Shown piece by piece: positions 53,106-64,000 of a DNA stretch of 64,000 nt. Origin of the DNA: Mobula hypostoma (taxonomy: Eukaryota); contig NC_086105.1 in assembly GCF_963921235.1 (NCBI RefSeq), positions 41,292,001-41,356,000 of the forward strand, read 5' to 3'. The number at the start of each line of letters is the position of its first letter. The stretch's first letter is position 1. The notes below the pieces were generated by a model. That model was not told the DNA's origin and made no database searches. It saw only the letters and a list, made by a program, of their open reading frames with translations. The position numbers were made by a program, and so were the translations under genes.

Positions 53106-53666
53106 CATAGAAACATAGAAAATAGGTGCAGGAGTAGGCCATTCGGCCCTTCGAGCCTGCACCGCCATTCAGTATGATCATGGCTGATCATCCAACTCAG
53201 AACCCTGTACCTGCCTTCTCTCCATACCCCCTGATCCCTTTAGCCACAAGGGCCATATCTAACTCCCTCTTAAATATAGCCAATTAACTGGCCTCAACTG
53301 TTTCCTGTGGCAGAGAATTCCACAGATTCACCACTCTCTGTGTGAAGAAGTTTTTCCTAATCTCGGTCCTAAAAGGCTTCCCCTTTATCCTCAAACTGTG
53401 ACCCCTCATTCTGGACTTCCCCAACATCGGGAACAATCTTCCTACATCTAGCCTGTCCAATCCCTTTAGGATTTTATACGTTTCAATAAGATCCCCCCTC
53501 AATCTTCTAAATTCCAACGAGTATAAGCCTAGTTGATCCAGTCTTTCATCATATGAAAGTCCTGCCATCCCAGGAATCAATCTGGTGAACCTTCTTTGTA
53601 CTTCCTCTATGGCAAGGATGTCTTTCCTCAGATTAGGGGACCAAAACTGCACACAATACTCCAGGT
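53106..53666 (-). mobile_element. Young CR1 3' fragment (sister subfamily)
   Basis: QFWSPNLRKDILAIE...QETVEAS; same tail as 39402. Confidence 0.92.
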
Positions 53667-54019
53667 ATTGTGTTTCCGTTTATATTTAACTGCTTTGTGG
53701 TTTCAATTGGCAAGGGCAACAATCTGCCCATCCCTGAAAAGAAACTGAGTGGCCTCCTAGGCCGCTGCAAAGACATCATATTATTGTGGGTGATGTATGG
53801 GGCCAACCTGACAATGTTGGTCAATTTTCATCCGAAAGGACATTAATGACCAGAATATTACAAATGGTAACTTTTGGGTCATTATTTCCAAAACCATCTC
53901 TTTAATTAAATTTAAATCTCCCAGCTATAGTGGTGGGATTTTGAATGTCTAGATCATTCATTCAGTCCTTTTATCTACTGGCCCACTGATGCAACCACTA
54001 TGCAAATAATTCCCAGTGG

Positions 54020-54545
54020 CCAAACATTTTAGTTCCGATTCCCATTACCGTTCTGACGTGTCAGTCCATGGCCTCCTGTTTTGCCAAGATGAGGCCACCC
54101 TTTGGGTGGAGGAGCAACACCTTACATTCAGTCTGGGTACCCTCCAACCTGATAACATGAGTGTCAATTTCTCCCTCCAGTAACCAAACTACCCCCCCCC
54201 CACCCTCTATTTCCCACTCTGACCTTTTACTTCTGCTCACCTGCCTATTACTTCCCACTGGGTCCACTCCTAGTCTACTCTTCTATCCTATCAAATTCTT
54301 TCTTCTCCAGCCCTTGACCTTTCCCACCCATTTGGCTTCACGTATCACCTTCAAACTAGCCTCCTCCCCCACCCGGCTCCTTTTAATTCTGGTGGTTTCC
54401 CTCTTCCTTCTTAGTCCTGAAGAAGGGTCTTGGCACAAAACATTGGCTGTTTATTCATTTCTATAGCTTCTGCCTGACCTGCTGGGACCCTCCAGCATTT
54501 TGTGTGTGTTGCTTTGGATTTCCAGCATCTGCAGACTTTCTTGTG
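54020..54545 (+). mobile_element. Older Penelope 3' fragment, hammerhead degenerate
   Basis: EEQHL.FSLGTLQPD remnant; CTGAAGA...CACAAAAC (GAAA lost). Confidence 0.75.
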
Positions 54546-54749
54546 TTAATAATAGCTCAAATTTATACTGGTGACTTAAGTGGACACATTTCATTCACGC
54601 CCTTCCTTTTCAACTTAACAGAAAAAGTGAATTCAGAGGTCTGGCAGAAAGCAAAGAGTGGGAATACAAGGTGCCTCTTTTGGTTAGCTGATGGGGTCAG
54701 TGTAGTGGCTGCTTCTTCTCATATGTTAATAATCTGGATGATAGAACTA

Positions 54750-55400
54750 TTAACTGGGGCACGAGATTTGTGGAGGGACAGGTAGTGATGAGAAAACAGG
54801 GAATCTGCAGAAAGACGGACAGATTAGGGGAATGGGCAGAGAAAATATCAGTTGGAATATTGTGTAGGGAAGTGTATGATCATGCACTTTGGTAGAAAGA
54901 ATAAAGGCATGGGGTGCAGATTCAGAAATTGGAAGTGCAAAGGAAGTTGGGAGTCCTAAAGGTTTTCTTAAAGTGCAGGATTCCCTAAAGGTTAACTTGC
55001 AAGTTGATTTGGTATTAAGGAAGGCAAGTGTAACGTTAGCATTCATTTTGAGAGGACCAGAATATAAAAGCAAGGATGTAATGTTGATGTTTTATAAGGC
55101 ATTGGTCAGACTATATTTGGAGTATTGCGAGCAGTTTTGGGCCCCATAACTAAGAACAGAGATGAGGAGAAATTTATTTAGCCAGAGGATGGTGAGTCAT
55201 TGCCACACACAGCTGTGGAGGCCAAGTCATTGAGTAGACTTAAAGTGGAGGTTGAGGTTGATAAGTTCGTGATTGGTAAGCGTGTTAAATGTTATGGGGA
55301 GAAGGCAGGAGAATGGGGTTGAGGGGGGAAATAAATCAGCTATAATCAAATGGCAAAGCAGACTGGGTGTGCTGAATGGCCTCATTTTTCTCCAGTCTTG
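54750..55400 (+). mobile_element. Decayed CR1 fragment
   Basis: FYKALVRLYLEYCEQFWAP plus CR1 3' UTR. Confidence 0.75.
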
Positions 55401-57341
55401 TAGAATTGCAGTGATGATAAACTTCACCAGCAAAACCCTGATATAGAACACAAAGCTGTTCTAAAAAGATAAGGAATAATAAAGAAATGAAGAAAAAAGG
55501 AACAGTGATTATCACTCAGCCATCAGGCTCTTGAACCAGAGGGGATAGCTTCACTCAACTTCATCTCCCACAACTCACTTTCAAGGACTCTTTATCTCAT
55601 GATCTCAGTACTTATTGTGGGCTTTCATTGATTCTGTTATGGTTACTATTCTATTATGGATTTATTGAGTATACCCTCAAGGAAATGAATGTCAGGGTGA
55701 CATATATGTACTTTGATAATAAATTTAATTTGAACTTTGGACTTTGAAATATTGAAAGTTCAGTTGATGTAAACTTCCTTAATTTATATAAAATGATCAT
55801 AATCAAATGTGCCCCATGCTCAGCTCTGGACATGTCTCATTCTAATTAGCCTTGTATCAATTTCCACTTGATTTGTATTGTTTTGCTATATGAATCCTAT
55901 GCTTTTGGAAATGATACTGGACCCTTATCAGAAACACTTGGCCTTTGTGTTTGACTGCAACAACTTCCAGCATTTGAGTTCAGTGATTCCCACACTTGAT
56001 CCACATCATGAGGAATGTGCACATGCATGCTCACAGGATAAGTCACATGAGTTACCGAGTTGGTAAGGCTTTTAGTACAGGTGCTATAAAGCCTACGAGA
56101 GATATGCAGCACAGGAAAATAATAATCTCAATTAAAGACTTGACGTCAAAGCTGCCAAAAGGGAGCAGCATGCTCCACCTATCACTCCTTCCTAACACTA
56201 GTTGAACAGAAGAAAGGACACAGACACAAACCCATCTGGTGATTGATTTCTGCTGGTTACTGCTACAATTCTACAAGGGTTTGATGCCTTTAAGAATTAT
56301 TTTGCATAGCTAAGGTCTAACAAATGAAAAAAATGACTTCTTCCTCCCTCTCTTCTTGCTGTTCTGCAGCTGACCGGCTGAATTTCAGTTTTTGTCTCTT
56401 AGGAAAGAGAAAGGATTAAGGGTAGGATTTTATTTCAGATACTGGGTCATGCTGGGATTGGGATGAGTGGGGGTAGGGTGTGGGAAGGTGTAATGACAAA
56501 ATAATAAGAGGTGCATACTAGCAGCATCTTACCATTTGTAAAATCATAAGAAATTTTGGGATGCGCAGCTAATTGCATATGAGAAGGTGATTTGGTATGA
56601 GGATACTCTCATTTAAAATTACAACCCTATCACTGACTGCAGACCAAATAATGGCCATTCAAGTTAAAGTGATCACTGTATCTTTGTTATATTATGGCAG
56701 TGTAGTGCCAGTCATCTTGTTGATTATCTACTGCTGCCTATAATAACTTGCCATCGTTTCTCCAAAAGAGAAGAAAGTGTGTCAATGAATGTTACCCAAG
56801 TGTTTTGGTTGTGTGCCAGAATATTTGGGGTTGTGTGTGGATGATATGCGAAATGGACGGCTCCTGGCAGCATCTGCAGCTACAAGACCCTACTCTTACT
56901 TTGCACCACCTCCACTAACAACACAGTGTGGAAAAACCCCGAGCGTCCTTTCTCCATTGGGCTGTCATCTTTGCAAAGTCCACAGGTCAGAATAATTTTC
57001 AGAATTGCTCGCAGCATCTGCTGCAGCTATGACACACCCCTTATGCAAGAGGTTTAAGCCAGTTTAAGCAGAGCAGCTTTGGCATTAACTGGTGCTAGCC
57101 CCTTTTACAGAATCAAGCCTCCCACTGAAGTGGCAAGATGATCAGTGTGGGTAACAATGGCTCCACACAACTATTATATAAATGGGCAGGTATTGCTGCC
57201 TCCACAACTTGTACATTGTGATCCTCCACAACTATTTACAGGGGCTTTTTGATTTAACACCTCTAGCCTTTGTCCTCAGCATATTTTGGCCCCTCACTGA
57301 CAATTCTATTCCTTGTTCACTCTCTCAGTTTGAACCACATT

Positions 57342-57656
57342 GGGCACTACAGTAGCATAGTGGTTAGTGTAATGATTTCATAGTGCCAGAAATCAGGTTT
57401 CAATTCTTACCACTGCCTGTAAGGAGCTTGTACATTCTCCCTGTGACCACATGAGTTTCCTCCGAGTGCTTCAGTTTCCTCCCACATTCCAAAGACGTAC
57501 GAGTTAGTAGGTCAGTAAGTTGTGGGCATGTTTTGGAAGCACGATGACACCTATTGCCCCCAGCACATCCTCAGACTGTGTTGGTTGTTGATGCATGTGA
57601 CATACTTCACTATAAATTTCGATGTATATGTGGTAGATTAAGCTAATCTTTATCTT
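57342..57656 (+). mobile_element. tRNA-derived V-SINE-like element
   Basis: A/B-box-like head tagcatagtggtta...gtttcaattc; V-domain-like gtttcctcccacattccaaagac. Confidence 0.65.
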
Positions 57657-58202
57657 TACAACAGTGGTGCTCCAAGCTAAACTACATAGTTTCTCCAGTG
57701 CACGACCATATTAGGGAAAGAGTCGCCATCTCAGTGTCAGCTATTCTGCTTCCAATTCTCCACCCATGCTTCTGATAACTCTGATTCCAGGCTGGCCTCC
57801 CACTTTGCACACCAGCCAAACCTGAGCTCATCTAATATCACACCCATGTTCTACCTTGCATAAGGTTTCAATAGATCATTTATGATTGCTCAGAGTTCCT
57901 TGACATCTCAGTTGTGAGATTGTAACCCTTATGTTCATAATGTTCTATGCCTTCACCCCTTTCCTAATTACCACCCCCCTGCCCTACAACCTTACAAGAA
58001 CCTTCTGTTAACTACCATTGCACTCAGTCTTTTCTGAAATTGCACCTCTCTCATTCTTCATGTTTAATGGATTCCTTAAAACGTTTTACCAGGCTTTGAT
58101 ACACTTTTCCTAACATGTCCATCGTTAGCTCAGTGATCAGTTTTTGTCTGACTAAGTTTGAAAACACCATTGACATTAACTGTACTTTGATTTTATTTGT
58201 AG

Positions 58203-58356
58203 TTCTGCGAGTTCATTACTGTTCCATGGATGAGCCATTTGGTCGGCAGGGTTGTGCGTGTACTGATAGATTACGTGGATTACATTTCGTTCTGTAGGAA
58301 ATTAATGCCTGTACTTGAGAAGCAGAAGGAATGGCCTGAGATCTGCCACATAATGG
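58203..58356 (+). CDS. ASB15: ASB15 coding exon 8
   Basis: tag|[27 protein letters not shown]...EWPEICHIM|gtaatt, 154 nt; absent from the ORF track. Confidence 0.95.
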
Positions 58357-59956
58357 GTAATTCCATTATTTTCATTCCTTGCTCAGTAAGCAAACTATGA
58401 AGATTTAGAAAGAACAGTGATGGGGGGTGGTGGGCAGACGGGGGGAATAGTTTGCTGAAGTGTGACATAGATACAGACGATTGTGAAAGAGAGCAGCATG
58501 TTTAAAATGAATGAAGTATTTTTTCCAGAAACAGTTCTTTATGAAATGGCCCCACCTGAAATAGTTTCTGATACTGATTGGATATTAGTCTTGTCCAGTA
58601 TTTTCTCCACTAGTTTAGCCTTTTGTGTATTTGTGACTTTTTTTTAAAGACTATTTCTCACGTTTGTGGTTATGAGTAATTTTAAAACTCAGGTGGTTTT
58701 GTATAATTTTACTGTGAGAATAATAGTTCCTTGAGCAAAAAATGAGCTGCTGCAGATCTCAGCTCTGTGGTATCTCCTGTATCCATAATAGTTCCTTGAT
58801 TCTGTTCTATATCACTTAAATATTAAATGTATAATTCATTCAGTACATGCTTAACAATAACAAACACAGGAAGTTTATTTTTCCTCAGAGTTATCACTCA
58901 ACTATAATATAAATATATTCAGCTCACTGTTTCCAAGCTATACAGTATTTGAGTCCTGAAGAAGGGTCTTAGCCCAAAACATCAACTGTTTATTAACTTC
59001 CATGGATGCTGCCTCACCTGCTGGGTTCCTCCAGCATTTTGGGTGCACTAATCTGATTCTCTTTTTGAAGATCCATTGTTAGATAAAAGTAAACAGCAAA
59101 GTAGGGTCTTAAACTTAATAGGGCAGATTTATCATTGTGGTAGTCGAGTTTCCAAACAAATCATGAAAGCATTTCAATAGGCACTTGTGTTTTTTGGGGC
59201 TTGTACCCCCCTCATTCAACCACTGGTTTGTTCCAAGTTCAGACCCACACTTTAAGTTGACTTGCAGAATGCTGCCACCATGTTTAAAATGCTTCTGTCA
59301 TTATATTTTTATTAATACAGTGCCAGAGTGATGGATTCACACCTGCAGCACCAGGTGACCATCAGGCAGTATTGAAGGGAAGTTTTAAGAGGTATCCTTT
59401 TAAAAACATTCTGGCAATTTGCTTCCTCCCCCATTCATATCTATGAAATTTGAAAATAAATCTTTGCTCTTCTTGTCTTACACTTCCACAGTCCATGTCA
59501 TCACCAAGATATATCTTTCTTTCTTTAATATCACGAAAATTATTAGAGACATTTTAGAATCTCTTAGATCGGCACATGGATGATAGAAAAATGGAGGACT
59601 ATGTAGGGAGGTGGGGTAAAATTAATCTTAGGGTAGGTTAAAAGGCCAGCACAGCATCACGAGCCAAAAAGCCTCTACTGTACTATAGTGTTCTATGTTT
59701 TATGTTCACTATTTTTACTAGTAAGGTGAAGATACAAGGGTAAAATTCCATTCAAGAACAAGAATAATTTACCAAATGGAGAAAGGATGAACAATCTGTA
59801 AAACCAATGACTTTCGAAAGACTGGAGTTACTCCCCATCTCACTGCTGACAGTGTATTCATTAAACTTGAGAGTTCAAGTCAGAAGCTTATCCATTAAAC
59901 CATTTTTCAAATTGCCATTATCAGTGACATTACTTTTATAGTTCAATTTGAATAAA

Positions 59957-60518
59957 CATTCAGTGGCCATTTTATTAGGTAACTCCTATACGTAATAAAA
60001 TGGCCACTGAGTATATGTTCTTGGTCCTCCTGTTGCTTTAGCCCATCTGCTTCAAGCTGTGACATGCTGTGCATTTCAAGTTGCTTTCCTGATCTCCTGC
60101 ATGAGGTTATATGAGTTACTGTTCCTTCCTGTCAGCTTGAACCAGTCTGGCCATTCTCCTCTGACTTCTCTCATTACAAGACTTTTTTGCCCACAGAACT
60201 GCTACTCACTGCATGTTTTTTTCTTGCTTTTTTTCATCATTCTCTGTATAATCTAGAGACTGTTGTGCGTGAAAATCAGAGGTGATGAGCAGTTTCTGAA
60301 ATATTGAAACCACCTTGTCTGGCACCAACAATCATTCCACAGTCAAAGTCATTTAGATCACATTTCTTACCCCTTCTGATGTTTGATCTGAACAACAACT
60401 GAATTTTGACCATGTTTGCATGCTTTTATGCATTGAGTTGCTGCCATATAATTGGCTGATTAGATGTTTGCATTAACAAGCAGGTGTATAGGTGTACCTA
60501 ATAAAGTGGCCACTTGGT
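59957..60518 (-). mobile_element. Tc1-like non-autonomous element (uninterrupted relative of 8825-10238)
   Basis: TIRs cagtggccattttattaggta / tacctaataaagtggccact; same internal sequence. Confidence 0.8.
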
Positions 60519-61449
60519 CTATTTTTATCTGGTCAATATCCAATAATATACCTTGAGAATTGAGTCCAGCAGATTACTGTGATGGGTCTGAGTTTACAGC
60601 TGAACAAAACTCAGGCTTATAACTGTTTCAGACTGCTTTCAAATTATTGCAATGATTAACTCTTTCAGGACACATTTGCAGCAGTTAAGGGGTGATAGAT
60701 GTAACATTAAATCCAAGAAATTTCGGACAGAGAGCTAGAGAAGCAATCCCTTTTATGCATGGAGTGGGAGACTGTGGAATGCATTAGCAGAGTTAATGAC
60801 TTGAAGCAGAGACCATTGAGAATGTTGGAAGAGGATAAAAGGGATGTGGTCACGTGACACCTGGGATTGGGATAACAATTGCTGTGAACTAATTGAGCCA
60901 GACAGCCACATTCTTTGACGACTGCGTGCGTAACTCAATGTTGTTTCCATTTCTACTGTCATCACTGTGTTTAAATCATTCTGCAGAAGTAAACATTCCC
61001 ATCATATTATTACCGATTCCAGATGCCCTGCATGTGTCTTACTCTAAAGGCAGCTCTACCTTCATCCTCAGACAGCTGGAGTTTTTGTTTCTGCAAGAAA
61101 TCTTCAGAGGAGGCTGCTATTCAATACAGTACTTGAGAACTGACAGCTTTTCAGCATAGCAGTTTCTGCCTCCTGTGACAGCCAGGTGACCACAAGTGCT
61201 TGCATTTGAACAGGAAATATTGTTCCAGGCTTCCTGGAATTGGCCCAAGTTCCTTGATTCGGCCACTTGCTAACCTTAGTCCTGCTGCTGAAAGTCTTTT
61301 ATCAGCCCACTACTGGCCAAGAGTGATCATGCTGCAAAGAGAGAAGCCTCTTGTACAAGGATTATCCTGACAATATGTTACTGTCCTACCCTATCATATT
61401 TTTTGCATTTCCACCAATCAAATGCAGAAATAAACTTCTAATAAACTGT

Positions 61450-62775
61450 GACAAAGCACAGAGTGATTTCAACACCCAAATGATCATCTGTTGACCAGAT
61501 CATCTCATTGATCTCCCTCAAGCAAACAGGACCACTCAGTTCTAATTACAGACTTATTCCAAACTTCAATGAAGGAGGTGTGGTACTCTGACTGTCATTT
61601 TTATTGAAGTAACCTTTGATCGACTGTAGCATCAAGGAGACCTGGGGAAACGGAAGTTAATTGGCAGCAAGGGGAAAGACTCCAGTAGTCCAAAGTTCAA
61701 AGTATATTCGTCATCAAAGCATGCATATGCATATGATATACTATCTTGAGATTCATTTTCCTGCACACATTTCTTGGATTATGATTATTGAAAGCTAATC
61801 ATTCCAGCTCCAAAATGTTGTTGCAGAAGTTCCTCAGGGCAGTATCCCAAAGCCAACCATTTTTAATTATTTCATCAATGACCGATTCTGTCCCATTATC
61901 TAAGTATGGTGCTTACTTATCATTGGGCAACGTTTACTTCTATTTTCACTATGAAAATGAAACCATGTGTGCCTACATACAGCAAGACTTTGATAATATT
62001 TAGTCATGAATTGATACCTGGCAAATAATATTTGCACTTCTCAAATGCTATGCATTCCCTATAAGAGTGAGTCTAACCATCAACCCTAGATATTCAATGA
62101 CATCATCATTCCCAAATCCCATTGACTAAAAAAGCAATTGAACCAGGTGCATTAACAGGGAGGCTACAAAGGCAGGTCAGAGAATGAGTATCTTGTTGAA
62201 ATAACTCACCTCCTGACACCCCATAGATTTAGCACTATCTACAAGACAGAAGTCAGTAATGTGATGGTGCACCCTCCATCTTTCTGCATAGGTGTGGCTC
62301 CAACAACACTGGAAAAGCTGAACTTCCAGGTGTAAACCTATATACCTGCTTGTTAATGCAAACATCTAATCCAAGCAGCCTTCTTGATTGACAACCCATC
62401 AAACCCTTGAAACATTCATTTTCTCTTTGATGGCCAAATCATGACGGCATTGTTTAGAATCTGCAATATCCAAAGCATTCACCTGGACCATTCAGCCATC
62501 ACCTCCCGGTACCTCTCCCTCTACCACTAAGAAGGGCGACAGCAGAAGGTGCTTGGGTCCATGCCCTCCTGCTCTAAGCGTCATCATCCTGACTTACAGC
62601 ACACAGTTTTGTCATTCATTGCTGCAGGATTGAAATTCTGAAATTTTGTATGTGGTAAAATTGTGAAAGTTCCTCCAAATGAAGGCAATTTCTCATTATC
62701 ATCTGCTTAAGGGCAATGAAAGATGACACAAAGTGATAGCCTTGTCTGTGACTCCCATCTCCTGTAAATGAATTT
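61450..62775 (+). mobile_element. Old LINE remnant (RT and 3' tail)
   Basis: Decayed FDRL*HQGDL RT motif near 61615; LINE-like tail at 62705-62775. Confidence 0.45.
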
Positions 62776-63255
62776 AGAAGACAAATAAACATCCAAGGTA
62801 CATACACCAACAATATCAAGTTGAACTGCAAGTCTGGCAGACTTCCCTTCCCCAATCTCCTTTCCTATCATCTCAAGAGTCATCAGGAATTTAATTAGCA
62901 ACCCCAGCATTGACCTTGCCAAGACACACAACTTCAACATATTGCAGGAACTAAATGTAGAACCAAAGTCAAAACCACTGCTTTGTATTTAAAGGAATTT
63001 TAAATCATGTTTGTATCTATTTGCGTCTTTTTGGCTGCTCTGAGAGAAAAAGAACTGAAAATCTCTCCTCAAATTCGCGTTCAAAAATATGCAAAGAGCA
63101 TCGTGTTATTATAATGCCATGCTAACAGCAAACCTGCCGGGTCAGATTCTGATCTATGGAATCAGAATCTTGGTTGTATTTTTTCTAGTGTATAAAGTAA
63201 TGCTGACCTAATTAAAGTCCATACATTTGAAAAACAACTTTTGCTTTACTCGCAG

Positions 63256-63431
63256 AAAACCCTCGTCATTTGAAGCATTTGTGCCGACTGAAAATACGGA
63301 AACTTATGGGGCAAAGGCGACTGCAAGATCCTACATGTTTAGCATTGCTTCTTCTCCCTCCTATGCTTGTGGATTACCTCTTGTATAAGGAATATGATCT
63401 GTATGGAAAAAGTCTTAATGCACTGCATTAG
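63256..63431 (+). CDS. ASB15: ASB15 coding exon 9 (SOCS box, stop)
   Basis: cag|[19 protein letters not shown]...[26 protein letters not shown]; total CDS 1737 nt. Confidence 0.95.
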
Positions 63432-63662
63432 TATGTGAACTGTAATCATCATGTACCATAATTGTAGTTATAGTATCTTATAATTCATATTCTTAAATTG
63501 GTCATAAAACCGTTGAATTACCACCTACAGGGAGCCACCATTTTGCTGAATTGTTCTGTGCAGTTAGTGTAACAAGTGACAAGTCTGTAGCATTAAGCAT
63601 TGGTTGAACTATTCTGAAATTACAATATTTGCAAATCACAAAAATGTTAAAAATGCATAATA

Positions 63663-63812
63663 ACACACAAAATGTTGGATGAACTCAGCAGGTCATCAGG
63701 CAGTATTTGTGGAAAGCTATGAACAGTCATCGTTTTGGTCCAAAATATCAATTGTTCATTCCTTTCTATAGATGCTGCCTGACCTGCTGAGTTCCTCCGG
63801 CATTTTGTGTGT
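63663..63812. repeat. Inverted repeat (~75-bp arms) formed by two head-to-head Penelope terminal fragments
   Basis: acacacaaaatg..gaactcagcaggtca..ttttgg T ccaaaa..tgacctgctgagttc..cattttgtgtgt. Confidence 0.85.
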
Positions 63813-64000
63813 GGGTACTCTGGATTTCCAGCAGCTATGGAATACCTTGTGTTAGTTAAAAGTACAGAGCTTTTCAAACATAAAACTAAACCAACCAGAA
63901 GCCTTTATTTTGAAATAATCTCCTGTAGGTCCAACATAATAAGGGATGGCTGTATTTCACAGCTTATACTTCATGCTTTTTCATAAACCCAACTTTGCCA

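Noticed and set aside
1-64000. CRISPR arrays, rRNA, tRNA genes, prokaryotic or viral systems
   Set aside because: None seen; the only tRNA-like sequence is a SINE head

Overview
Eukaryotic (vertebrate) genomic DNA. The repeat content (abundant CR1, Penelope, Rex1-type and RTE retroelements, V-SINE, Tc1/Tigger MITEs) suggests a cartilaginous fish, probably a ray; this is an inference. Three spliced host genes were reconstructed by hand from splice sites and reading phase. (1) A complete NDUFA5 on the minus strand: 5 exons, 116 aa, 27584-31535. (2) A complete ASB15 on the plus strand: 9 coding exons, 578 aa, 36719-63431. (3) The acidic 5' part of a minus-strand gene, probably IQUB from the IQUB-NDUFA5-ASB15 gene order and an RFX X-box promoter at ~23.3 kb. 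Most ORFs in the supplied track are retrotransposon remnants or noise. The most notable observations are: about 10 Penelope-derived minimal hammerhead-ribozyme motifs, one intact in sense orientation just downstream of the NDUFA5 stop, while sense intronic copies all carry core mutations; an RTE retrotransposon with a twin-priming 5' inversion and 17-bp TSD that hosts a nested L1 fragment and a solo LTR; tandem-duplicated symmetric exons in the IQUB-like gene; and a G-U-biased fold-back just past the ASB15 stop. No wholly new system can be proven from sequence alone.
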